Shown here: in pieces, positions 46,560 to 58,619 of the stretch
Layout: each line of letters begins with the position of its first letter
How positions within the stretch are numbered: position 1 is the stretch's first letter
Assembly: GCA_036630325.1 (NCBI GenBank)
Contig: CP142726.1
Location: 1,054,001 to 1,118,000, forward strand
DNA from: Vairimorpha necatrix
Taxonomy: Eukaryota
DNA: 64,000 bases
Direction of reading: 5' to 3'
Translations under genes and position numbers: made by a program
The notes under the pieces: model-generated
Database searches by the model: none
Told to the model about the DNA's origin: nothing
The model's input: only the letters and a program-made list of their open reading frames with translations

Positions 46560-48680
46560 TTATTCGTCACTGTTGACTACCACACGACAAAGTGCGTCGT
46601 AAAATTTATCATAACTAATATTTTCTGTAATTACCACTCCACTAGACGAAGGATTTACATAATGATGAACAATACGCTGCTGAGATTTCCCTTCTTCAGT
46701 TATGCAGAATTGAGGAGTAGGCAGTCTCTTACAAAGTTCTCTCGCATATTCCTCAGATTGATCAATGACTTCTTTCAAGGAGGCGTATTCTTCTTGCTCG
46801 TGATACTTTTCATTTATCCAATTCGCCACATAACTTCCCCGGCTTACTACGACATTATGCAAAGTGTCTAAGACCAAAATGACATCAGGCTGAAGAGATT
46901 TAGTGTCAAGCTCCACGGGCATGATTCCATTTTCATAATGATAAGAAATAAGAGACGGCTTGATCATTTTCAAAGCTTCATCAGTTTTCTCTCTATACAA
47001 CAAATTCTTAAAATAAACTGCCTCGTCTTTGCTGACATCTTCAGTCTGAACCAGCAGGCTTCTTTTAAAGAAAAACATGAAATTTGGATAATAAGACATG
47101 GAATCCGGCAGGATAAGCGACCCAGGGACGCCTTTAGAGAAATTACTGAAGGCTCTGACAAATCTTATAAGATTCTTCTCTATCATTCTTTCACAGTCTT
47201 TTACTTCGTCATATTCTTTGAGGAGTAAAAATCTCGCCTGGAAAACGGTTGCGGCTTCTTGGTCGAAACTGTTTATGCAGTCGTCTTTATTGTCAGAAAA
47301 CATTCGGGCGAAAGTCGTGACCCTGACAATTAACTTTTTATCTGATCTTTGGTACTGAGTGATAATTTGAACATATCCAAAATCTTCATGTTTCGCTTCT
47401 TTTGTCTCTGATAAAAGTAAAGTCAAATTCGTATTAGGAAATAAAGATCCAATTCGCCACTGACTACTGTTCTTCTTACCCATGCCTATGACGCCTTTAT
47501 ATTCCAAATTTTTACTAGTCCTGACGATCATTCGTCCATTGAAGCCTTGTCTCAAAAGATTTTCTTTTTTTTCCATAATTTTCTTACAGGACGAACTGTA
47601 AACTTCGCCATTGAAATCTTGCGCCATAATCAAAAAACCACCTGTCAAACTGCACAACTTCTCGAGATGATTTATTCCGATATCTTCAATAGTACAGGCT
47701 AAAATGTCAAGAGAATGGCCCAAGTCCATGATTCTATTCCCTAAATCTGAGTAATATTTCGTGGCTGACTTATTGTAACTTGTGTCATTTTCGTCCACGT
47801 GGTCATTTTTGCCTTTTTCTTTGAATTTGATCGACGTGACAGTCCCAGGCCCGTAGGTGCAGGCGCCTTGTGTAAATAACAAATATTTCACAGCAGAATT
47901 ATTAAAATTCTTCTCTAGTAAAGAAACAGCCAAAGAAATAGCAGACCCAGTGCATCTTATCGGCTTATACGCATTTACTACCGGGAAAGGATCTAGTGGT
48001 AAATTATTAATAAAATCTAAGGCAAAATCTTTACACTCATCTTTACGGACAAGAAATTTACCCAAGACCGAAGACGAGTCCTTGACGGACAGACAGTCCA
48101 AATTTGACAATAATTTCTCATTGTACTCAACCTTCCCAGAAAATAAATAAGTCTTCTTAGGATTAATTTTATTAATTTCAATTAACTCGATATTTGTCCC
48201 GAATTTGATGAACCCAACAAGGCAATCTTCAGGAATTTCATCGAAAAAAACATTCAAAGCGTCAATGAGAATTTTATGACGAATTTCGTCAAACGAACAA
48301 GTGTCAATAATAAAAAAAAATACAGGAGGAAAAAGTGATTCTTTTGATAAAACATATTCTAAAGTCGAATTATCTTCACTCATCTCTGGTAAAATATTAT
48401 CAGGAGACATGTCCTGGGCATGACCAGGCAAATTATTTATACTTCAACAAATTACACAATTCCAAGTTTTTCTTCCGTAGTCGACATTACAACAATAATT
48501 CAAAATCGACCTACAAGATAAACAATAAATAGGCTCACATTCTACGAAATTAGAATCTTGATGGACATTATAAAGACAAGCAAGTGGTATCTTGGAAGTT
48601 TCCTTCCCTTTAGTGCCCCAAACATTCCAGGTCAGTCTAACTCCATCGCGCTCTTCAATTTCTCTAATTGCGTCTTCCAT
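46560..48680 (-). CDS. SEC23: COPII coat protein Sec23, with an in-frame TGA at 48444-48446
   Basis: EERDGVRLTWN, zinc finger, RCTGSA, RVTT, FDQEAA, SQQR gelsolin-like end; the two track ORFs are in one frame separated by a single stop. Confidence 0.92.
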
Positions 48681-48748
48681 TTTTGAGGGTAAATTTAAAA
48701 ATTTATGCAAAAAAAATATAAATTCGAAAAAATTTAAAGGGTGCATAA

Positions 48749-50797
48749 ATGTTTATAGAGACATGGAACTTGTATTTTCCAGAAGAACAATACACTGCAT
48801 TTAATGAAGCAGTGACAATAATTACAAACTTCAAACCTATTCTAATGAAAGAAGATTTGAATAAATTGATGACAACAAAAATATTTGAAATTTCATATGA
48901 GAAATTTTTAAAAATATTTTGTAAAAATTTAGAAGAAAAAAATATGGAAATTTTAATAAATTGCGTATCTTGTGCTTTATCAGAAAACATAAAAGATAAA
49001 GGACTTGGAATTACGAAAATAATAACGAGAATTACAGAATATTCAAAAATGGAAATTAATAAATCGATGAATACAGAATTGTTAGGAAAAATAATATTTC
49101 TTTGTGGAACAATTAGTAGAGTAGGATTTAAAAAATTGAATGTTTTTAAAGCATTTTTTGAATGTAAAAAATGCAATGAAATTATTTCTTTGAGTTTTCA
49201 AAACAATTTGTTTAAACAACCAACAAAATGTGTAAATTCATGCAAATCTAAAACATTTAATTTTTTATACAATCATCCAGGAAATATAATAAAAGATACA
49301 CAAGAAATAAAACTTCAAAGACTCAATGATATGAATTTAGAAGATAAATTAGAAGAAATTAATATTGACTGTATAATTTATGATGATTTCGTGGGGACTT
49401 TGACCCCTGGTGACGTCATAAATTTATGTGGTACTGTAAATGCCGAGATAGAAAATAAAAGCCTGTACAAACTTACAGTACAAGTAAATAATTTGGAACA
49501 TATAAAAAACAGAAGTTTATTCGTAGAAAAATACGAATGTGCAGAAAAGGATTTCATAGAATTTAAGAAGATTTCTAAGACTAAAAATATTGTCGCGTCT
49601 TTTATTCATTCGCTTTATGGGACAATTTATGGAAATGATTTAATAAAAACAGGCATGCTTCTTTCTTTATTTGGAGGAACAAAAAAGTATGTCGGGCAAA
49701 ATGAAGTCAGATCAGAAATTCATACATTAATTATTGGAGATCCTGGATTAGGAAAAAGTAAAATGTTATTAAATTCATGTGGTATCCTTCCTAAGACTAC
49801 ATATGTGACAGGAAATTTGACTACTACGGCAGGCTTAACTGTTTCCATTGTCCATGACCCGATCTCTGGGGATTTCATGGCCGATGCTGGAGCTTTGGTT
49901 GTGTCTGACAATGGGCTGTGTTGTATTGACGAATTTGATAAAATCGACGACCACTCGGCTTTGTTTGAAGCAATGGAAGATCAAAAAGTCACAGTCGCCA
50001 AAGGGGGCGTCATTTGTAGTGTGCCGACTAGGGCGACAATTATTGCCGCTTCTAATCCGAGATATGGACATTTTAACCAATCAAAATCCATAAAAGAAAA
50101 TTTGAAATTTGATGAGGCTTTACTTTCCAGATTTGATTTAATATTTGTTTTGATTGACAATCTCAATGAAAAAGAGAATTATGAGATTTCAGATCAAATA
50201 TTAAAAAAGAGACATTTGTCTAATTCGTCCAGTACAGTCGATTATAATAATATTTTAAAGGATATTAGAACAGACAAATTTCTTAAATCTTTACTTAAGA
50301 CACCAGAGACTTGTCTTTATTCTACGAATACATTGAAGAAATATATTTCGTACGCCAGAGCCACAGTCTTCCCATTTTTAAATAAAATTGCCAAAGAAGA
50401 AATTAAGAAATATTATTTGAGTATTAGAGAAAGAAGTGGAGTAACAACAAGAGATTTAGAGTCACTTATAAGACTGACAGAAGCCAGGGCGAAAATAGAA
50501 CTTAGAAGTATTTGTAACAAAGAAGATGCCTTGTTCAGTATAAATTTGTATAAAAAGATTTTAGAGACAGAAGTCAAGAAAACAAGTAAGAAGAAAAATA
50601 TAAAAGATTTCATAGATTTATTAAATCAAGAAGCACAAAAGAAAGGAGATATGAATTTTATGATAGAAGAAATTAAAGAATATTATGAGACAATGGAAAT
50701 TAATAAACCATTTAGTGAGATATTAGAACAATTAAATTATAGAGGAATATTAATAAAGAAGGCGAATAAGAAATATAAATTAGTAACAGAAAATTGA
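48749..50797 (+). CDS. MCM8: MCM-family helicase, MCM8-like
   Basis: GDPGLGKS, CCIDEFDK, ALLSRFD; N-terminal WNLYF and HSALFEAME..TVAKGGVICS resemble MCM8 more than MCM2-7. Confidence 0.8.
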   Translation: MFIETWNLYFPEEQYTAFNEAVTIITNFKPILMKEDLNKLMTTKIFEISYEKFLKIFCKNLEEKNMEILINCVSCALSENIKDKGLGITKIITRITEYSKMEINKSMNTELLGKIIFLCGTISRVGFKKLNVFKAFFECKKCNEIISLSFQNNLFKQPTKCVNSCKSKTFNFLYNHPGNIIKDTQEIKLQRLNDMNLEDKLEEINIDCIIYDDFVGTLTPGDVINLCGTVNAEIENKSLYKLTVQVNNLEHIKNRSLFVEKYECAEKDFIEFKKISKTKNIVASFIHSLYGTIYGNDLIKTGMLLSLFGGTKKYVGQNEVRSEIHTLIIGDPGLGKSKMLLNSCGILPKTTYVTGNLTTTAGLTVSIVHDPISGDFMADAGALVVSDNGLCCIDEFDKIDDHSALFEAMEDQKVTVAKGGVICSVPTRATIIAASNPRYGHFNQSKSIKENLKFDEALLSRFDLIFVLIDNLNEKENYEISDQILKKRHLSNSSSTVDYNNILKDIRTDKFLKSLLKTPETCLYSTNTLKKYISYARATVFPFLNKIAKEEIKKYYLSIRERSGVTTRDLESLIRLTEARAKIELRSICNKEDALFSINLYKKILETEVKKTSKKKNIKDFIDLLNQEAQKKGDMNFMIEEIKEYYETMEINKPFSEILEQLNYRGILIKKANKKYKLVTEN

Positions 50798-51021
50798 AGC
50801 AACAAGAATTTAAAAAACATATTCTTTAAGAATAAAATAAATTTAAAAAAAGAAGTAAAGTAAAATTGGTAAAAATAAATATAATATGCAAGAATTTGTA
50901 GGATGAATTTAATATAATTCAAAAAATATAAGTAAAAAGTTACTAAAGTTTATAAAACATAAGTACAAATATGTAAAGCTAAAATAGATAAAGTAAATTA
51001 TTAAAAAAGCTTTAATTTATT

Positions 51022-51798
51022 TTAGACTAATAAAACTGCATTAATTAATCCATCATTTTCTGGATTATTTGTTATTTGTGCATATTTCCCCCACGTTATA
51101 TTCCCTTGGGCATTTACAATACCAAGTTCACTAACATTCACTTCAATGATCGTCCCTTTGGTCAAAACACCAAGATTTGTAAAAACATCAGAATGAGGAT
51201 TCTGCTTCAATCCCAAAATGGGAAGACAGAAAGTCGTCTTAAGCTCAGGATGAGAAACATGGGCCTTTTTAAATCTTAAAGCCATGGGTCTAATAAATCT
51301 TTCATATTTGGGTGGTTTCCTTGTGAAATCTGTCCCGACGAAACAAGGCTTGGTCACCATCCTCTTCCAATGCTTAGACTTCCTCTTTCCGGACGCGACA
51401 ACTCCAAACACCTCCGACTCTGTGAGTCCTTTAACCTCGGCAATAGGCACTGAATATTTAGCAGCTCTATCTTGTCTCTGTTGCTTAATTTTATTATTAA
51501 GCTCTTTTCCTTGTTGTTGTAATTCCCTATCAAGTAAGAAATGTGGTAAAGGATTGTCTTCATTTTTAATGACAACTGTCTTGTCTTTATTTTCTTTAAT
51601 ATTGAGATTTTTCTTAAGTTGAATTTTTTCATTTCTTCTTTTTTTAGTGAAAAGTTTTGCTCTAATTCCATGTAGTTTTTTAATTTTTCTTCCTAAAATC
51701 GCACCGGCTCTGGCTTCTTTCTTGAGTTGTTTTACTTCATAATCAAGTTGTCTGCCATATTTTTTTATATGTTGTTCTATGAAATTATTCTGTGGCAT
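51022..51798 (-). CDS. NSA2: Ribosome biogenesis protein Nsa2
   Basis: MPQN.FIE, FTRKPPKYERFIRPM, GKYAQITNNPENDG.INAVLLV. Confidence 0.96.
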   Translation of the reverse strand: MPQNNFIEQHIKKYGRQLDYEVKQLKKEARAGAILGRKIKKLHGIRAKLFTKKRRNEKIQLKKNLNIKENKDKTVVIKNEDNPLPHFLLDRELQQQGKELNNKIKQQRQDRAAKYSVPIAEVKGLTESEVFGVVASGKRKSKHWKRMVTKPCFVGTDFTRKPPKYERFIRPMALRFKKAHVSHPELKTTFCLPILGLKQNPHSDVFTNLGVLTKGTIIEVNVSELGIVNAQGNITWGKYAQITNNPENDGLINAVLLV

Positions 51799-51920
51799 TG
51801 GGGCAAACGAACAATAAAAAAAAAATATTTAAAAAAATTAGTAGGAATATTTGATATATTTATATGTTCTAACTGATAAATATGCAGGGATTTATAAATA
51901 TTTTTTTTATAATTAATTTT

Positions 51921-52925
51921 TTATTCTTCTGGATCTGTTATTCCTGCTTCTGTTATACTAAACATTGCTTCAGACTCGGGAAGTAAAGGCGAATCATAAA
52001 TTTTACAAATTCTAGTGGCTCCTCTTCCTTTTCTAAGAGACAATCTTGTCGTACTAGCGTGTGCCATTATATTTCCTCCTATTGGTTTCTTAACATCTCC
52101 AGCGAACATTGACATGGCTCCGTCGGGATTTGAAACTACTTGATTTGTTATAATCACAGCTACTTGGTACGTTTCAGCCAAATTTACTAAATCTCTAAGA
52201 TATCTAGCAAGACTAATTTGTCTTGCTCCTAATTCGCCCCTACCACTAAAATCTGTCCTATAAAGAGCAGTCGCCGAATCAATAATTAAAACAGCGTATT
52301 TAGTAGTGGACATGAGAGCAGAAGCCTGGACTAAAAGCTGGGACTGATGATCAGAATTGTAAGCTCGAGCGTACGAAATATTTTCTAACACTTCTTCGGG
52401 ATCAAGGCCATATCTCTCTGCTATAGGAAAAAATCTTTCTGATCTAAATGTTCCTTCTGTGTCGATGTACATCGCCTTCCCGCTAGCGCCTCCTTGTTCT
52501 GGTGGCAACTGGCAAGTAACTGCCACAGTGTGACAAAGTTGTGTTTTACCAGTACGAAATTCCCCAAATATTTCTGTAATACTGCCAGATTCAAACCCAC
52601 CATTGAGAAGTTTATCTAATTCTGACGAACCAGTTGATAAATAAACAAGATCTTTTCGTTTTTCATGATAGGCAGACGCAGTTGTAAAACCCATTGGTAC
52701 AAGTTTCGCAGCTTCTTTGATAAGTTTGTCAACTTTTATATCAGAAAATCCTTTAATAGTTAATAATTGTTTTTTGGGTGCAAATGCAAGTGCTTCGACT
52801 GTATTAAAACCAGCTTCAACTAACTTATTAATATCAGCGAGACCAATTCCCGCTTTTTTTAATTCTTCAAAAGAAGTTGTCTCAGATTTAAACTCATTTT
52901 CTTCTAGAGATTCCCTTCCATTCAT
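51921..52925 (-). CDS. RAD51: Recombinase Rad51
   Basis: [44 protein letters not shown] at 52925 after CCCC. Confidence 0.96.
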   Translation of the reverse strand: MNGRESLEENEFKSETTSFEELKKAGIGLADINKLVEAGFNTVEALAFAPKKQLLTIKGFSDIKVDKLIKEAAKLVPMGFTTASAYHEKRKDLVYLSTGSSELDKLLNGGFESGSITEIFGEFRTGKTQLCHTVAVTCQLPPEQGGASGKAMYIDTEGTFRSERFFPIAERYGLDPEEVLENISYARAYNSDHQSQLLVQASALMSTTKYAVLIIDSATALYRTDFSGRGELGARQISLARYLRDLVNLAETYQVAVIITNQVVSNPDGAMSMFAGDVKKPIGGNIMAHASTTRLSLRKGRGATRICKIYDSPLLPESEAMFSITEAGITDPEE

Positions 52926-54469
52926 TTTGGGGTGAATTATAAAAATTTTACAAAATAAAAAATTGACCGTTATTTTTATTAGATTTGGAAAATGTTTATT
53001 TTTGTCCAAAATGAGATTCTGATGCGATATAAACAAAATATTGCAACTGCTTAAAATGTTTTTTTAATTAAAAAAATAAATCTTAAATCGAAATATTTGA
53101 CAAGAATAGTAGATTGGTAATTAAAAAACATAAAGAAATATACCGTGATTTCAAAGTCCTAAGATTTTCACTTATACATAGTTACTATTTTATAATATTA
53201 AAAATATAATTTACAATGGTATGAGATGCTTTATAGTATCTATATAAAAATTTAATTATTTATGAGCAACATGCGAAAAAAACAAATAATTACAGTCAGA
53301 ATAATATCGCCTTTGTTTGAAATACATCTATCAATAAATTTATACCTAAATTTTTTAGTTCGATCGTCGTGTGCTGATGTTTTTACAGCCTCCCGTAACA
53401 TTAATTTGAGATAATTGTATACAAATTGAATTTAGGTTATAAAAAATATAGATTGTTAAAAGGCTTTTTATTTTTATTGACTTTAAGACTAAATATATTT
53501 TCGCTACATAGCAAAACACAAAAAAATTTGTTTTTTATGTATTATAATGAAACCTTTTTAGGCATCAACGAAAAAAATATATTTAAATAAAATTATAAAT
53601 TTGAAACATGTTACAAAGTAATGAGTGTTCAAAAAAAATATTTTTCAATGTTCATAACGTACGATTCATAAGAAAATGTAAAATATTAAATTTGAAAAAA
53701 TTGTTTTTTTGAAAATTTTTTCACAAAAAAAAACTTTTAAAATATTTGTTTCTAATCAAATTTAATTACTGTTATAAAAATAGCTGTTTGGAAGTTGTTT
53801 TTATAATTTAAAGCTCAAAATCAACAAATAAATATGTTTCAAAATCCACAGAATCATAATAACCTCTTTATATGACTTGTGAGCTATTAAATTGATGTCA
53901 TAACCACATCATTCTTCAAAACATTTTATAAACCTTTTTTATTCGCGATTAGACGCTCATTGTGGATATTACATATGTGGGCTGATGCTAAAAGCATTGA
54001 TATTACTATCTTATTGCATTAATTTGTATTTAAAAGTTAAAGATTGATTTATTATTTTGTGTATTAATTAACTATAAAAACCAACTATAATGGGATATAC
54101 CATGGAACAGGGGTTAAGTCGAAGAAATTTCATTTTAAATCTAATAAACAGATTTAAAAAATTAAAATTTTGAGCTCCATTTTTACAAAAACATGAAATT
54201 CAGAATAGTCTTACAACTAATGTTATAATTTCTTCGTTTTACTTAAATTTTCGTTTTTTTTGTTTTTTTGAAATATTTAATTTTTTAACTAATTAAAATC
54301 TTAAATTTAATTTCATGATAATTTTGAGATTAGATTTAATCATTATATTACTATCGATATTACATATTTTATCAAAAAAGGAGAAGTTTTGATCTCCTTT
54401 TTCAATATTTTTTGTTTGATAGAGACCAATAATTAAATTTTTTCTAACCCATACTTCACTTTACCAAAT

Positions 54470-55561
54470 ATGGAAATTATAGAAAAATTTGATAAATTTA
54501 AGAAATACACATTCGAAGACCTAATTGAAATAAAAAAACCAATAAATTTTTATACTAAAATTAAAAATTCTATGGTAACTGCCAATAATGTAATAATTTT
54601 TTCAATGTATTTCGGAGATGGAGAAATGTGTAAAGAACTTTTGAATATAATAATTGAAAGAGAAAGAAAAGGAATGAAAACAAAAATTGTACTTGATAAA
54701 AATCAAAGAACGTCCAAAAAGCTGATGATTTTTGCAAATGAAAAAAATTTAAAATGTTTTCAATTTTTAGATCTTAGTACATGTATTGATTTTTTAAGAT
54801 TAAAAGAAATTTCTGCACAGTTTCATTCTAAATTGTACATGTTTGATGATGAAATTATTTTAACCGGTGCAAATTTAGAAGATTATTATTTTAAAAATAG
54901 ACTTGATAGATATTTTATAATAAAAAATAGGGCATTGGGAGAAGATTTACAAAACTTAAAAACTTCTAGTAGGATTATACAAAACATTAGAAATAATTGT
55001 CTTATTAAATATGGCAGGCAGGATGAAAAATATGTACTGGAAGTACTCTTTAATACAGATTTTGATTCTGTTGTTTTATCATCTGCGTATTTTAATTTAC
55101 CTTCTGCGTATTGCGATATATTAAAAAAACAAAAAAATGTAAATTTTTTTGTCAGTGCTCCAAAATACAATATTTTTAATAATTTTGGCAAATTTGGTCC
55201 ATTTATTAGTAAGCTATACGAATTTATATCTTACCGGACTTTACAAAAAATTCCTAAAGCGACGTTATACCAATTTGGCTTAGAAGGATACACGTTACAT
55301 AAGAAGGGAATTTGGGCCTTTAAGGATGATATTTGTGTGTCGATTTTAGGATCATCAAATTTTAATAGGAGGAGTAGTGAAAGAGATGAAGAACTTAATT
55401 TTTGTGTTATAACTCAAGATCCAAAAATTTATAAAATTTTTAATGTTGAAGTTTCTTTTTTGAAAATCAATTCTAAAAGTGTACAAATTTCGAATTTTAA
55501 TTTTGGTAAATATAAAATTTTGTATCTAATTTTATTTTTATTGTTCGGCAGATTTTTATAA
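54470..55561 (+). CDS. PGS1: PLD-superfamily phosphatidylglycerophosphate synthase-like protein
   Basis: HSKLYMFDD..ILTGANL..YF.NR.DRY and HKKGIW...GSSNF.RRS..RD.E motifs. Confidence 0.82.
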   Translation: MEIIEKFDKFKKYTFEDLIEIKKPINFYTKIKNSMVTANNVIIFSMYFGDGEMCKELLNIIIERERKGMKTKIVLDKNQRTSKKLMIFANEKNLKCFQFLDLSTCIDFLRLKEISAQFHSKLYMFDDEIILTGANLEDYYFKNRLDRYFIIKNRALGEDLQNLKTSSRIIQNIRNNCLIKYGRQDEKYVLEVLFNTDFDSVVLSSAYFNLPSAYCDILKKQKNVNFFVSAPKYNIFNNFGKFGPFISKLYEFISYRTLQKIPKATLYQFGLEGYTLHKKGIWAFKDDICVSILGSSNFNRRSSERDEELNFCVITQDPKIYKIFNVEVSFLKINSKSVQISNFNFGKYKILYLILFLLFGRFL

Positions 55562-55741
55562 ATAAAACACTATAAAAAAAATTTATATGTCCAATTTATT
55601 TAATTTGTTAAAAAATATTTGAAATTTAACATAATTTTAAAGTAAATTCACTAATATAAAATTTGTAAATAATAAAAAAAATAATTTAGCAATTTCAATG
55701 TAGACTTATAAAACCGAAATGAAGTCGATAAAATTTATTAA

Positions 55742-56068
55742 TTACATGTAATAATGTGGTCTGTTAACATTGATACCTACTTCTTCTAATGCTTTCTCTA
55801 CGTCTACAACTTGTAAGCTTGGCTTTTTGTCTTTACTAAAACGCTTATCTTTCTGTGCATTTTTCTGTCCAAGTTTGTGGTATTGAAAGGCCGAGCCGCA
55901 CACATCAGAAATGAATTTATGCGACAATAGAGAAATCATCTTTTTGACATTAGTTTCAGAAGAAGTTATTCCAGATTTCTGCATATAATAATCCAAAACA
56001 GAATCTGGAATTATTGGAATGTATTCATCCAAATTCTTTTTGAATTCTTCGAAATCTGAATCTTTCAT
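55742..56068 (-). CDS. TAF10: TFIID subunit Taf10
   Basis: Y.PIIPD.V.DYY...SG, KFISD, ALEE.GINV.RP.YY. Confidence 0.93.
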   Translation of the reverse strand: MKDSDFEEFKKNLDEYIPIIPDSVLDYYMQKSGITSSETNVKKMISLLSHKFISDVCGSAFQYHKLGQKNAQKDKRFSKDKKPSLQVVDVEKALEEVGINVNRPHYYM

Positions 56069-56568
56069 GGGGTACGAAAAATAATTTGGATTAGGGAAAG
56101 TTGTAAATAATAAAAAAATAATTTCTATATGATCTTATGAACCGATCTAATGACATAGATGGTAAGTGATTTCTATGAAAAATTTTGTCATTTTTTGCTA
56201 CTTTGTAAGAACCACAAGATTATTATGTTTTGAGTTCGATATAATAGGAAATTTCACAATATCATCTTTAAACTTTTCATCTCTTATCAATTTTTTTAAA
56301 GACATTACTTTCTTGGTCCAATATTTGCTCATTATCAGTGCCAGCATATCAAAAGATACCTGTTTGTTGTGAGTAAATTTTTACCCAATTTGATTGTACA
56401 TAGCAATCCCATCTCAACTTTTTATTTCTATCAAATTGCCCGTATGGAAATTTAAGGTCGTAATATGAGATTTAGATCTGATGCCCGTGAACGCTTACGA
56501 ATTAATACCGAAAAGATGCAGCTCTTTTAGCTCGCTATCTTTTTCCTAGGCTGTCAATATATGCAAAA

Positions 56569-58128
56569 TCATATATATAAAAGAATTTTATTTAATTTTT
56601 TACCCCTCTTTTTTATGAATTTGTAAACTTTAAACTCCTTATTACAGCTCATTGTGTCATCGTAATATCAAATATAAACTCAATGAAGGATTTTGACTAT
56701 CATATGTGCGTGTACTGTACGTTAATACATTTTGATTTTAATTCTTTGTTTTGTAAAACTCAGTTCCAAAATATTGTCAGAATCGTTTTTTAGAATTTAT
56801 TTGACCCTTCCACGAAAAATTGCAAAAACAATTAACTAATAAAGATTTTGAATATAAGTGTCAAAATTTGAGCTTAGAAGTTCCCAAAATTATCTCATTA
56901 TAATTATTAAATAAATGTTTTATGATAAAGTTTACTCCTTATATGTTACTAAAAAGTATTTTCCAAAATCATGTTTTCTCCTTTTCAAATTCATTCATCA
57001 AAAAATGGAAATTCACAAAAAGATAAAGGAGGTACATATTATAAAACAAACATTTAGATCCCGTTTTTAAAACGGGAAAGCATACGCTAGTCATATATAT
57101 AAAAGAATTTTATTTAATTTTTTACCCCTCTTTTTTATGATTTTGTAAAATCCAAACTTCTTATTAAAGCTTATTGTATCATTGTAATATCAAATATAAA
57201 CTCAATGAAGGATTTTGACTATCATAAGTGCGTAAGTTGTATGTTAATACATTTGTATTTTGATTCATATTTTTGTAAAACTCAGTTTCAAAATATCGTC
57301 AGAAGCGTTTTTTAGAATTTATTTAACCCTTCTAGGAAAAATTGCAAAAATAATTAACAATAAAGATTTTAAATATAAGCGTCAAAATTTGAGCTTAAAA
57401 GTTCCCAAAATTATCTTATTGAGATAATTAATTGTTTATAAACAACATTACTCCTTATATGTCACTAAAAAGTATTTTTAAAAATTATGTTTTCTCCTTA
57501 TTAAATTCATTCATCCCAAAATGGAAACTTTACAAAATTCACCGAGGAGCGACATATTAAAAAACTAAACATTTAGATCCCGTTTTCAAAACGGGAAAGC
57601 ATACGCTAGTCATCATATATATAAAAGAATTTTATTTAATTTTTTACCCCTCTTTTTTATGATTTTGTAAAATCCAAACTTCTTATTAAAGCTTATTGTA
57701 TCATTGTAATATCAAATATAAACTCAATGAAGGATTTTGACTATCATAAGTGCGTAAGTTGTATGTTAATACATTTGTATTTTGATTCATATTTTTGTAA
57801 AACTCAGTTTCAAAATATCGTCAGAAGCGTTTTTTAGAATTTATTTAACCCTTCTAGGAAAAATTGCAAAAATAATTAACAATAAAGATTTTAAATATAA
57901 GCGTCAAAATTTGAGCTTAAAAGTTCACAAAATTATCTCATTATAATTATTAAATGTTTTTAGCTCAACTTTACTCCTTATATGTTACTAAAAAGTATTT
58001 TCCAAAATCATGTTTCCTCCTTTTCAAATTCATCCCAAAATGGAAACTTAATAACATTAAAAGGGGAAATACATATTAAAAAACTAAACATTTCGTTCCC
58101 GTTTTCAAAACGGGAAAGCATACGCTAG
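56569..58128 (+). mobile_element. Three head-to-tail non-autonomous Helitrons (~520 bp each)
   Basis: Units 56569-57090, 57091-57609, 57610-58128; each begins TC and ends with hairpin CCCGTTTT(T/C)AAAACGGG plus AAAGCATACGCTAG; array lies between A and T, no TSD. Confidence 0.9.
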
Positions 58129-58619
58129 TTTTTTATATTTTAACTTAAAATGAAAAAATTGCTCCAATTTTACGGCAAATTACACCACTTAAAATTTTTT
58201 ATGTTAATTACAAACTTTATAATCATTTTGTTTATTAAAAATATATGCTACATTATCATCCAAAATTCATGACAAGTATTATGTCAGCTTAAGAAACAAT
58301 GTAATATAAATATTAGCTGTATCTGGGCGACATTAGTTAAGCGAACAACATTTGACTCGTATTTTTAGTTGTTCCTATGATTTCCAAATATTTTGTGCAC
58401 TTCGTTATAAAAGTGACTTCAACTTTAGATTATTGTATTATTTGACGTGGAATAGATAAGGTTCTAATTGTAATACAAAAAAAAGTTGAATTCTACACAT
58501 TGCAGCCTTTAATAATATACTTAAATTTCTGTAACAATTTTTATTATTTTCTATTTAAAAAATTGTTAGTTTGTAATACAGATAAATGATTATGTTTAAT
58601 TAAATCAAATACCTTAAAT

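Noticed and set aside
48444..48446. Selenocysteine at the SEC23 TGA
   Set aside because: All four zinc Cys are already encoded, no SECIS-like structure is evident, and Sec machinery is not known in microsporidia
48430..48460. Intron removing the SEC23 stop
   Set aside because: The only GT..AG spanning it is 14-16 nt, breaks the frame and removes a zinc-ligand Cys; no GTAAGT or branch site
36182..52935. Short ORFs overlapping core genes on the opposite strand or in alternate frames
   Set aside because: Shadow ORFs of codon-biased AT-rich genes
53870..54010. Possible snoRNA or other ncRNA in the RAD51-PGS1 spacer
   Set aside because: Slightly higher GC and a CTGA, but no convincing box C or stem; needs an Infernal/Rfam search
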